A stretch of 64,000 nt of DNA from contig JAZQDV010000010.1 of assembly GCA_045546975.1 (NCBI GenBank), forward strand, positions 128,098 through 192,097, in the 5' to 3' direction. The notes under the pieces are model-generated. The model was not told the DNA's origin. It made no database searches and saw nothing but the letters and a program-made list of their open reading frames with translations. This DNA comes from Eubacteriales bacterium. Lineage in GTDB: Bacteria; Bacillota; Clostridia; Oscillospirales; JAAYXM01. The translations under genes and the position numbers were made by a program. Within the stretch, counting starts at the first letter, position 1, and every line of letters starts with the position of its first letter. Below are positions 54,329-62,826 of the stretch, piece by piece.

Positions 54329-54372
54329 TGTGGTATAATCCAACTCATCTGTATAAGTTGGATTATACCACA
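54329..54372. promoter_or_regulatory. perfect 16-bp inverted repeat carrying mirror-image extended -10 boxes (candidate operator plus divergent promoters)
   Basis: TGTGGTATAATCCAAC (54329-54344), 12-nt spacer, GTTGGATTATACCACA (54357-72). Each arm reads TGGTATAAT on one strand. Confidence 0.6.
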
Positions 54373-54489
54373 GAACCTCCGGAGTGTCAATATCGGACGG
54401 ATGGCTTTGTATCTTTAGGAGGCTGTCTTGATTTTTGGTGTTTTTTGATGTATAATTTCTTACATAATCAGGAAATGTGTGGTGCGAAA

Positions 54490-55545
54490 ATGATTAATCG
54501 AAACAGTCATATTCCTTTGTATGTCCAGCTTTCTGATATTTTCAGGCAGAAAATCAGTACAGGTGAGATAAAGGAAGGGGACAAGCTTCCGAGTGAATCG
54601 GAAATGATAAAGCAGTACCATCTCGGGAGACTTACCATCCGCGAAGCGCTCGGGATTCTTGTGAACGAAGGACTTCTTGAAAAGCGTCACGGCAAGGGGA
54701 CTTTTTGCAAAACAAACTTTGTTCAGAAAAAACACAGAGTTGATATTTTTTTGGATCTCGCAGACGTGGAGTTTATTCCGTATTATCTTCGTTCAATTTG
54801 CGCTGTGCTTGAATCAGAAAACATCAATATAATAATGGGTGATACAAGAAACAGTACAGACGTTATATGTAATCTTGTTGAAAACGCTTTGCTCAGTGAT
54901 ACTGACGGAATTATTTTTCAACCAACAAATACCGAAGAAAATGCACCTGAAAAGCTTTGTGAAATTTTAAAAAGAGTTTCCGATGCAAAAATCCCTTATG
55001 TGATGATAGATACATTTTATAAAAATCTTCCGGAATCATACGTGGTTATGGACGAGCATCAGGCGGGAAAGATTGCAGCAGACTATTTTGTTCAGATGGG
55101 ACATACGAAGCTTTGTGCTATCGGACATCCGAACAGGGTGGATTCCACTCAACGAATAGAAGGCTTTATGAAAAGTTTTGAAACTAAACCATACTTTATA
55201 GAATGTGATAAGGATATCAGCAGTTCCATTAAAGATATATTCAGTAAGAACGATGATGTGACGGGTGTGTTTTGTTTTAATGACGGAGTCGCAAAAAAAT
55301 GTTACGATGCTCTATCTTCAATGAATATATCTGTTCCTGAGCAGGTGTCGGTTATCAGCGTCGATGATACTATCATAGCATCGACACTTTCGCCGACACT
55401 TACAAGCGTGATACATCCAAAAGAAAACCTTGGCAAAGAAGCGGCAAGAGCGATTGTCGCCATGATTTCAGGCAAGGAGACATGGCCGTACAGGAAAGTG
55501 TTCCAGCCGTCTCTTGCCATAAGAAAATCATGTCGGGAAATTTGA
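54490..55545 (+). CDS. GntR-type HTH regulator fused to a LacI/PBP1-type sugar-binding domain
   Basis: Start set to ATG 54490. N-terminus PLYVQLSDIFRQKISTGEIKEGDKLPSESEMIKQYHLGRLTIREALGILVNEGLL is a GntR wHTH. The remainder resembles a periplasmic-binding-protein fold (GVFCFNDGVA). Confidence 0.75.
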   Translation: MINRNSHIPLYVQLSDIFRQKISTGEIKEGDKLPSESEMIKQYHLGRLTIREALGILVNEGLLEKRHGKGTFCKTNFVQKKHRVDIFLDLADVEFIPYYLRSICAVLESENINIIMGDTRNSTDVICNLVENALLSDTDGIIFQPTNTEENAPEKLCEILKRVSDAKIPYVMIDTFYKNLPESYVVMDEHQAGKIAADYFVQMGHTKLCAIGHPNRVDSTQRIEGFMKSFETKPYFIECDKDISSSIKDIFSKNDDVTGVFCFNDGVAKKCYDALSSMNISVPEQVSVISVDDTIIASTLSPTLTSVIHPKENLGKEAARAIVAMISGKETWPYRKVFQPSLAIRKSCREI

Positions 55546-55562
55546 AAATTACGATAACAGTT

Positions 55563-55606
55563 ACAAAGACACGGCACGGATTTTTATATCCGTGCCGTGT
55601 CTTTGT
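55563..55606. terminator. bidirectional terminator (19-bp stem)
   Basis: ACAAAGACACGGCACGGAT-TTTTAT-ATCCGTGCCGTGTCTTTGT. Confidence 0.75.
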
Positions 55607-55607
55607 A

Positions 55608-57266
55608 TTAAACTTCCATAATGATCGGTAAAATCATAGGAGCGCGTTTTATCTTCTGATAAAGGTAGTCGGACATTTTGCCTCTGACCGTGTTTTTGAT
55701 AGTTGCCCAATCGTTGCGTTTTGAGGAAAGGCAGGTGAGGATAACGTCGCGGGCAAGAGTTTGCAGCTCGTCCATAATCTCTTCGCCTTCTTTTACGTAA
55801 ATAAAGCCGCGCGAAACGATTTCCGGACCTGCGATAAGCTCGCTTGTCTTGCTGTCAAGGACAAAGTTGACGGTTATTATGCCGTCCTGAGCGAGATGTC
55901 GTCTGTCGCGGAGAACAACAGCTCCGACATCGCCGATACCAGAGCCGTCAACAAGGACCTTGCCTGACGGGACTGTTGCACCACGCTTTGCGCCTTTTTC
56001 GGTAAAGTCAATTACCTGACCGATATCGCAGACAAATATGTTCTTTGGGCTCATACCCATTTTAATAGCAAGGGACTCGTGCTCCTTTAAGTGGCGGTGC
56101 TCGCCGTGTATCGGGATAAAGTATTTCGGCTTTGTGAGTGCAAGCATAAGCTTGAGCTCCTCTTGGAAGGCGTGACCTGATACGTGAACGTCTGCACGCT
56201 TGTCATAGATAACCTCAGCACCCTTGCGATAAAGCTCGTTTATAACATTGCTGATAGCCTTTTCGTTTCCCGGAATCGGGCTTGAAGAGATAATAACGCG
56301 GTCATTTGGCATAATCTCTATCTTCTTATGTGCGGAGAAAGCAATGCGATAAAGACCGCTCATTGCTTCACCCTGGCTACCTGTTGTAATTATGCAGATT
56401 TTGTTTTTGGGGTATTGGTTTATTGAGTTTAAGTCAACAAGAACATCCTTTGGCATATCAAGGTATCCGAGGTTTTGTGCAACCTCCATGATGTTTTCCA
56501 TACTTCTGCCATTGATAGCTACCTTTCTGCCGTACTTGACAGCGGTATGGATAATTTGCTGAACTCTGTGCACATTTGATGCAAAGGTGGTGACGATGAT
56601 TCTCTGATTGCAGTTCTTGAAGAGAGACTCAAAGGTGTCACCGACTGTTGACTCTGAAAGAGTATGTCCCGGGCGCTCGACGTTTGTTGATTCACCAAGA
56701 AGCGCAAGAACACCCTCTTTGCCAAGCTCACCAAAGCGTGTAAGGTCCATAATGTCGCCCTGGATCGGGTTGAGATCGAGCTTGAAGTCACCGGTGTGAA
56801 TAACTGTTCCGAGCGGGGTTTTGATTGCGAGTGCAACAGCATCTGCAATGGAGTGATTAACACGAATCATCTCAACTGCAAAGCTTCCGATTTTGATAGT
56901 ATCACCGGCACTTGCGAGTTTGATTTTTGTTTTTGAGAGGAGATTGTGCTCCTCGAGCTTCTTCTGGATAACCCCTGCCGTCAGCTTTGTTGCATATATC
57001 GGGGCGTTTACATCGCGAAGGACATAGGGAAGTGCGCCGATGTGGTCCTCGTGACCGTGGGTGATGATAAAAGCACGGACACGGTTTTTGTGCTTTTTGA
57101 GGTACGTTATATCGGGTACAACAAGGTCGACACCGAGCATATCGTCGTCGGGGAATGCGATTCCGCAGTCAACAACGATTATTTCGCCTGCATATTCGTA
57201 AACGTACATATTTTTTCCTATCTCATTGAGCCCGCCAAGCGAAAAGACTTTTAATTTTTGTGCCAT
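55608..57266 (-). CDS. rnj: ribonuclease J
   Basis: Start moved to ATG 57266 (MAQKLKVFSLGGLNEIGKN). ITHGHEDHIG metallo-beta-lactamase motif, beta-CASP domain and C-terminal domain. Confidence 0.85.
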   Translation of the reverse strand: MAQKLKVFSLGGLNEIGKNMYVYEYAGEIIVVDCGIAFPDDDMLGVDLVVPDITYLKKHKNRVRAFIITHGHEDHIGALPYVLRDVNAPIYATKLTAGVIQKKLEEHNLLSKTKIKLASAGDTIKIGSFAVEMIRVNHSIADAVALAIKTPLGTVIHTGDFKLDLNPIQGDIMDLTRFGELGKEGVLALLGESTNVERPGHTLSESTVGDTFESLFKNCNQRIIVTTFASNVHRVQQIIHTAVKYGRKVAINGRSMENIMEVAQNLGYLDMPKDVLVDLNSINQYPKNKICIITTGSQGEAMSGLYRIAFSAHKKIEIMPNDRVIISSSPIPGNEKAISNVINELYRKGAEVIYDKRADVHVSGHAFQEELKLMLALTKPKYFIPIHGEHRHLKEHESLAIKMGMSPKNIFVCDIGQVIDFTEKGAKRGATVPSGKVLVDGSGIGDVGAVVLRDRRHLAQDGIITVNFVLDSKTSELIAGPEIVSRGFIYVKEGEEIMDELQTLARDVILTCLSSKRNDWATIKNTVRGKMSDYLYQKIKRAPMILPIIMEV

Positions 57267-57542
57267 ATAAATATAACATCTCCAATCTGTAGTTTCAGTA
57301 TAAAAAACAGTTTGTGCACGAAAAATAAAGCGTTTTTCGATATAGCCTTCAAGACGGTAGCATCTGCCGATCGACATACCCGACTATGCCGATGAAATAG
57401 AAGTACCATACAAAAAGGACGTATATGCGAAACGCAACCACAAACTATTAAGTTTTATATATAGTAATAAAAATAAACACCAAAAGAAGAACTAACTTTA
57501 GTTTAGCACAAAATTGATTAAAAGTCCAGTAATGAATTATCG

Positions 57543-58751
57543 TTAAGTTTCGTCATCAAACGACATTGCCTTTTCGACAAAAAGATTGCACAGCTCGGAG
57601 GCGATTTCTTCGTTTGCTGCTTCTCCCGTTATATGGAGCGCATATTTTAGTCGGGAAGGGCGAATGTTTACCCAACCGCCGTCGGTGCATACCCGTAAAG
57701 TGCCTGAGGATTCCTTGTGTAAGCCGTCGCGGGTATCGGAAAGCTCACGCATAACGCGCTTTCTGTCACCCTTCAGGTTCACAACGCGGGAGATAAGGGT
57801 GAAGTCGGGAAGCCTCTTTGATAGTTCTGAAAGTCGCGCGTCATTTTCTGAAAGGTAACAGCAAAGAGCAACTGCGCCTTCAAAAGCATCGCACAGAACA
57901 CTTTGGGAGAGGAATGTTTCTCTTGCTCCGTGGTCACGGCCTATACGCAAAATCCTGCCGTCAAACTCACTTGCTATCTGCTCAAGAATTCCGGGTGCGT
58001 CGTATTCTACGGCAAGAGATGTTTTGCCTGAAAGAAAGTGAATGAGCGCGAGAAGTGCATCTGTATGCATCTCGTCGTGCCAGATATCCTTCTCATCGCG
58101 TACGGAAAGCTTCATTCCGTCGCCTGAAACGGAAAAAGCAATCTTGCCTGAGAGGTTTGGAACAACATCAAAGCCTGAGAGTGTGAGGACATTTTCCAGT
58201 ATTTGTGAGGCGAGACCTTTTCCGAGTACTGATACGGAAAAAGCGGCTGTGTCAGTCCTCTTTGCAACAGCGGAGGCAAAAACCTCGCAAGAGCCTGTAA
58301 TTCTCTTTGGCATAACAACATCGGAAACTCCTGCACGGAAAATATCGCGCTTTTTATAAAGTGCGTCTATCTTTTTTTGTGCGGTATCATCTATCGGCAG
58401 TCCGTATTTATCAACCATACGTATCCGAAAACAACTTTTGTCGTTTTCAATGAAGAGCATGAGATTAAAAAGATAGCTTCTTGCAATGTATGAAGCAACT
58501 GCAAAAACAGAGGCATCAACCTCTGTCACCTGTGCACCTGAGCTTGCGGCACCGGTTATAAAGGCGCTTGCAAGTAGTTTCGACATTGTGCAATCTGAAT
58601 AGCCCACGGCTATGCGTGTCGCAAGTCTTGATACTGTAAAACCGAGCTTTAGAAGAAGCTCAGGGGTTATTTCGGATATCGTTCCGCAAATCTCACCGTT
58701 TTCATTAAAAAGCGTTTCCAAATCATTTGAAAGTAACAAACTTCTTTCCAT
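57543..58751 (-). CDS. degenerate alpha-D-phosphohexomutase-like protein (probable pseudoenzyme)
   Basis: 402 aa. The C-terminal IRPSRLKYALHITGEA resembles the RPSGTEP phosphate loop, and SVSGDGMKLSV resembles DGDGDR. No TASHNP-type catalytic serine loop was found. Confidence 0.45.
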   Translation of the reverse strand: MERSLLLSNDLETLFNENGEICGTISEITPELLLKLGFTVSRLATRIAVGYSDCTMSKLLASAFITGAASSGAQVTEVDASVFAVASYIARSYLFNLMLFIENDKSCFRIRMVDKYGLPIDDTAQKKIDALYKKRDIFRAGVSDVVMPKRITGSCEVFASAVAKRTDTAAFSVSVLGKGLASQILENVLTLSGFDVVPNLSGKIAFSVSGDGMKLSVRDEKDIWHDEMHTDALLALIHFLSGKTSLAVEYDAPGILEQIASEFDGRILRIGRDHGARETFLSQSVLCDAFEGAVALCCYLSENDARLSELSKRLPDFTLISRVVNLKGDRKRVMRELSDTRDGLHKESSGTLRVCTDGGWVNIRPSRLKYALHITGEAANEEIASELCNLFVEKAMSFDDET

Positions 58752-58757
58752 AAAAAA

Positions 58758-58816
58758 TCCTTTCTGTCATATATTAGTCAAGTTTTTTTCTTTGACTTAA
58801 TTATTGACAGAAAGGA
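58758..58816 (-). terminator. compound hairpin after gerQ whose descending arm contains the SD of the next gene
   Basis: Minus strand TCCTTTCTGTCA...(inner TTAAGTCAA/TTGACTAA)...TGACAGAAAGGA, then TTTTTT, then ATG (58751). Confidence 0.55.
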
Positions 58817-58830
58817 AGCTTATTAAACCT

Positions 58831-59133
58831 TTAAGGCCTTGGTACAGTCGTGCTGTTGTAGATAGTTATGAATTTCAGTGAATAGAAGTCGCAAACTATA
58901 TATCTGTCGAGGTCGGGTTGGTAAAGTGTTAAGAAATTTGTTCCCACTTTTGCAAGGATTCCGTCACGCGTTTCGATAATCTGTGTACCTATAAGAAAAT
59001 CACAGGATACATAATATCCGACAGCACTCTGCAGCTCTTCTGCGAGCATCTGTATACCCTCGTCTCTCCCGTTCTCAAAAAAACTGTTTCTGTTTGGGGT
59101 GGGAGCCGAGAAGGAAAGTCGTTGTCTGTCCAT
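58831..59133 (-). CDS. gerQ: spore coat protein GerQ
   Basis: Start moved to ATG 59133 (SD AGGAG). About 100 aa with a GerQ-like core (GYYVSCDFLIGT...GILAKVGTNFLTLYQP...YIVCDFYSLKFITIY). Lies directly downstream of cwlJ, as in Bacillus. Confidence 0.7.
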   Translation of the reverse strand: MDRQRLSFSAPTPNRNSFFENGRDEGIQMLAEELQSAVGYYVSCDFLIGTQIIETRDGILAKVGTNFLTLYQPDLDRYIVCDFYSLKFITIYNSTTVPRP

Positions 59134-59146
59134 AAAAACACTCCTT

Positions 59147-59587
59147 TTAAGTATCGGAATAGCTTTCCGTAGGGTTATAGAAGCAATGCTCACCGATTCT
59201 TACGACAAAATATCCGTTTTGGCTCGGAAAATTATCACGACACTCAGGGGAGAAGGGGTTAAAGAACCAGAGCGCCTCACCGAGCGGGGAAAGACGGTTT
59301 CCCGCTATTGCCCAGTCGGCGATGTCATAATGTATTTGTTCGGGGCGCATATTGTAAATATTCTGCTGGTTATATCTTCCGGCTATGTAGTCAGTTGCGC
59401 AGTCAAATTGACCCGGTTGAAAAATAATGTTCCGCAAATTTTGCTGTCCGACTCGCGCATACTCGCCGTAGGGAACGTAAACTCGGTTCATTATGACACT
59501 CGCAACGGCTTGCATACCGGTATCTCCTTCGCCACCTGCTTCGCATTGTATGAGTCTTGCCAAAAGCTCTCTGTCGGAAAACGGCAT
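59147..59587 (-). CDS. cwlJ: cell wall hydrolase CwlJ/SleB family (spore cortex-lytic)
   Basis: LLARLIQCEAGGEGDTGMQAVASVIMNRV and QPGQFDC motifs of the Hydrolase_2 family, 146 aa. Confidence 0.8.
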   Translation of the reverse strand: MPFSDRELLARLIQCEAGGEGDTGMQAVASVIMNRVYVPYGEYARVGQQNLRNIIFQPGQFDCATDYIAGRYNQQNIYNMRPEQIHYDIADWAIAGNRLSPLGEALWFFNPFSPECRDNFPSQNGYFVVRIGEHCFYNPTESYSDT

Positions 59588-59652
59588 ATCAATCGCTCCT
59601 TTATATACACAGTTTATGTGAGGTTTGTTTTGCAGTTTACAGACAGCAAGTA

Positions 59653-59688
59653 CAAAAAAATAACGTACCGCAAAAGCGGTACGTTATT
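59653..59688 (-). terminator. intrinsic terminator after the aminotransferase gene
   Basis: Minus strand ATAACGTACCGC-TTTT-GCGGTACGTTAT followed by TTTTTTT. Confidence 0.7.
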
Positions 59689-59698
59689 TGAAGTTTTA

Positions 59699-60946
59699 TT
59701 ACTTGCGAACCTTTTCAGCAGCGTTCTTGATACCAAGAATGATGTTGTCGAGGTCTGTCTTAGTAAGACGCGGATGATGCGGAGTGTTGAGCTCGCGACG
59801 GTAGAAGAACTCTTCAGCATTCGGGCAGATATCCTGAGCATATCCAAGCTCCTTGAGAGAGGAGAAGTGATATGTAGGCTGATAGTGGAGAATACCCTGA
59901 ACGCCCTCTTCCTTGTAGAGAACACGCATAAAGTCGTCACGGCTTGCACCGAGCTCCTTCTCGTTAACACATACTGTGTAGAGGTGGTAGATGTGCTTGC
60001 AGTTCGGATCCTCGTAAACCGGCTCAATACCCTTGATGCCCTGGAGGCCTTCATTGAGGTAGCGACCGTGCTTAATACGGAGATCGTTGAGCATATCAAG
60101 CTTATCAAGCTGGCAGTTACCGACAGCACCCTGGCACTCTGTCATACGGTAGTTGTTACTCCACTTGCCGTTGATGATCTTGTTGTCGAAGTGTGACGGA
60201 ATCCAGTAGTCTGTCTGATTCTCCCAGTCAACGTTACCCATGCAACGGAGTTTGTCAATGCGGTATGCAAACTCGTCGTTGTTACATGTGATCATGCCGC
60301 CTTCACCGAGAGTTGTGATGTTCTTGAGTGAGTGGAAGCTGAAGCAACCGAAGTCACCGATAGAACCTGCTTTTCTGCCCTTGTACTCAGCACCCGGAGC
60401 ATGTGCACAGTCTTCAAGAACGAGGAGATTGTGCTTCTTTGCAATTTCCATGATCGGGTCCATATCAACCATCTGACCGCCGTAGTGAACAACGGAGATT
60501 GCCTTTGTCTTGTTTGTGATCTTTTTCTCGACTTCCTTCGGGTCGATGTTGAAAGTCTTCGGGTCGATATCAGCATAAACCGGAACGCCGCCTTCCTTGA
60601 GGATAGCGAGTGATGTAGCTACGAATGTGTTCGGAGTTGTGATAACTTCGTCGCCAGGGCCGATGCCCATAGCGCACATTGCAACGTGCATAGCTGTTGT
60701 GCAGTTACTTACAGCAAAAGCGTACTTTGTGCCGCACATCTCTGCCCAACGTCTCTGGAAACGCTGTACCTCAGGTCCCATTGTAAGAGAATCCTGATGC
60801 ATTGCCTTTAAGAGTGCCTGCTCTTCAGCCTCATCATAGATACTTCCGAAGAAAGAATAAGGAACTTTTAATACTACGCCGTCATCAACCTTGTAGCTAC
60901 TGGTGATGCCGCCGTCAGAGTCTTTACCGACTGATACTTTAGCCAT
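59699..60946 (-). CDS. DegT/DnrJ/EryC1/StrS-family PLP-dependent aminotransferase
   Basis: Start moved to ATG 60946 (SD GAGGAGG). NCTTAMHVAM, and the FSFHSLKNIT lysine region. Confidence 0.85.
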   Translation of the reverse strand: MAKVSVGKDSDGGITSSYKVDDGVVLKVPYSFFGSIYDEAEEQALLKAMHQDSLTMGPEVQRFQRRWAEMCGTKYAFAVSNCTTAMHVAMCAMGIGPGDEVITTPNTFVATSLAILKEGGVPVYADIDPKTFNIDPKEVEKKITNKTKAISVVHYGGQMVDMDPIMEIAKKHNLLVLEDCAHAPGAEYKGRKAGSIGDFGCFSFHSLKNITTLGEGGMITCNNDEFAYRIDKLRCMGNVDWENQTDYWIPSHFDNKIINGKWSNNYRMTECQGAVGNCQLDKLDMLNDLRIKHGRYLNEGLQGIKGIEPVYEDPNCKHIYHLYTVCVNEKELGASRDDFMRVLYKEEGVQGILHYQPTYHFSSLKELGYAQDICPNAEEFFYRRELNTPHHPRLTKTDLDNIILGIKNAAEKVRK

Positions 60947-61136
60947 TGTGATAACCTCCTCAAAATTATATTTGTAGTTACTAACAATTATATAATGCAA
61001 AGAGTTAAAAGTCAATATTTGGATAGGTAAAAAAACACGATATTTTTAATAATTACTATTGAGTATTGTGCTTGAAGTATGGTAAAATATAGAATAGTAA
61101 AATATGATTAAAGCCAAACGGAGGTAGTTTGACATA

Positions 61137-62810
61137 ATGGACGTAAATACAAACCCTACAAACTTTATACTTGACGCGATAAACGAAGATATTGAGAAAA
61201 AGGGACTCAAAAAAATCCACACTCGCTTTCCGCCCGAGCCTAACGGATATCTCCACATAGGCAGCGCGAAGGCTATATGGATTTCTGCGGGCGTTGCCCA
61301 GAAGTACAACGGTCTCTTCAATCTTCGTTATGACGATACAAACCCTGTTCGTGAGGACGATGAGTATGTCCGCTCAATTGAGGAGGACCTCCGCTGGTTA
61401 GGTGCAGAGCCGACAGGCGGAATCTTCTACGGTTCTGACTATTTCGATAAGTGCTATGAGTATGCAGTTGACCTCATCAAGAGGGGAAAAGCATACGTCT
61501 GCGATCTTACTGCAGAGGAGATGCGCGAGTACCGCGGCACTCTTACCGAGCCGGGCAAGAACAGTCCGTACCGCGACCGCTCGGTTGAGGAGAACCTCGA
61601 CCTCTTCACACGCATGAAGAACGGTGAGTTCCCGGACGGCAGCCATACACTCCGTGCAAAAATTGATATGGCGTCTCCCAATATGAATATGCGTGACCCT
61701 GCGATATACAGAATTCTCCACACACATCATCACCGCCAGGGTGATAAGTGGTGCATTTATCCGCTTTATGACTTTGCACATCCTATCCAGGACGCGCTTG
61801 AGGGAATTACCCACTCTCTTTGTTCTATCGAATTTGAAGACCACCGTCCGCTTTATGATTGGGTAGTTTCTGAAATCGGATTTGAAAATCCGCCGAGACA
61901 GATTGAGTTCTCCCGACTCAACATCACAAACACGGTTATGTCAAAGCGTTATCTCCGTCACCTTGTTGAGGAGAAGTTTGTTGACGGCTGGGACGACCCC
62001 CGTATGCCGACCCTTTCAGGTCTCCGCCGCCGCGGATATACACCGCAGGCTATAAGGAACTTCTGCGACAGAATAGGTATTTCGAAGACGCTCTCAACTG
62101 TTGACTATCCCTTCCTTGAGCATTGCATCCGTGAGGACTTAAATGAAACTGCAACACGTATGATGGTGGTTCTCCGTCCGATAAAGCTTATAATTGACAA
62201 CTATCCCGAGGGGAAGACTGAGACATTCGATGCGGAAAACAACCCTGCTGACGAGAATGCCGGAACACATAAGGTAACCTTTTCCCGTGAGCTCTATATC
62301 GAGCGCGAGGACTTTATGGAGGAGCCGGTCAAGGGCTACTTTAGAATGTTCCCCGGAAACGAGGTTCGACTTAAGTATGCATATTACGTCACCTGCAAGA
62401 GTGTAGAGAAGGATGCAGACGGCAATGTAACCGTTATCCATGCAGAGTATGACCCTGAGTCGTACGGTGGCGGAACACCCGACGGCAGAAAGGTAAGAGG
62501 AACAATTCACTGGGTATCGGCAGCTGACGCAGTTGATGCCCAGGTACGTCTTTACAACAACCTCTTCAATGCGGAAAACCCGGGCGAATATCCGGAGGGC
62601 GGCGCATTTACAGACAATATAAACCCCGATTCTCTTGAAATACTTGAGGGTTGCAAATGCGAGTCTGCAATACGCGAAGGTATCGGCGACGGACACTATC
62701 AGTTCCTCAGAAACGGATATTTCTGCCGGGACAACAAGCTCTCAACTGACGATAAGCTTGTGTTCAACAGAACTGTTTCGCTCAAAGACTCCTGGGCGAA
62801 GAAGAAATAG
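61137..62810 (+). CDS. glnS: glutamine--tRNA ligase
   Basis: [16 protein letters not shown] (HIGH), VMSKR (KMSKS) and a C-terminal anticodon-binding beta-barrel region, 557 aa. Confidence 0.9.
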   Translation: MDVNTNPTNFILDAINEDIEKKGLKKIHTRFPPEPNGYLHIGSAKAIWISAGVAQKYNGLFNLRYDDTNPVREDDEYVRSIEEDLRWLGAEPTGGIFYGSDYFDKCYEYAVDLIKRGKAYVCDLTAEEMREYRGTLTEPGKNSPYRDRSVEENLDLFTRMKNGEFPDGSHTLRAKIDMASPNMNMRDPAIYRILHTHHHRQGDKWCIYPLYDFAHPIQDALEGITHSLCSIEFEDHRPLYDWVVSEIGFENPPRQIEFSRLNITNTVMSKRYLRHLVEEKFVDGWDDPRMPTLSGLRRRGYTPQAIRNFCDRIGISKTLSTVDYPFLEHCIREDLNETATRMMVVLRPIKLIIDNYPEGKTETFDAENNPADENAGTHKVTFSRELYIEREDFMEEPVKGYFRMFPGNEVRLKYAYYVTCKSVEKDADGNVTVIHAEYDPESYGGGTPDGRKVRGTIHWVSAADAVDAQVRLYNNLFNAENPGEYPEGGAFTDNINPDSLEILEGCKCESAIREGIGDGHYQFLRNGYFCRDNKLSTDDKLVFNRTVSLKDSWAKKK

Positions 62811-62826
62811 TAAGAGGTAAAATTTG

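Noticed and set aside
57267-57542. Structured or riboswitch-like element in the ~275-nt region upstream of rnj, and the in-frame 37-codon extension of the ORF
   Set aside because: Only small generic hairpins are present and no known motif. The extension lacks an SD and is not part of conserved RNase J N-termini.
59099-60196. 365-aa ORF on the + strand
   Set aside because: It lies antisense to cwlJ and the DegT-family aminotransferase gene, both of which have strong family motifs and proper SDs. It has no SD and an odd composition, so it is a shadow ORF.
61016-61136. Looked for T-box leaders before glnS and gltX
   Set aside because: The leaders are about 60 nt and 16 nt. I saw no specifier or T-box (AGGGUGGNACCGCG-like) sequence.
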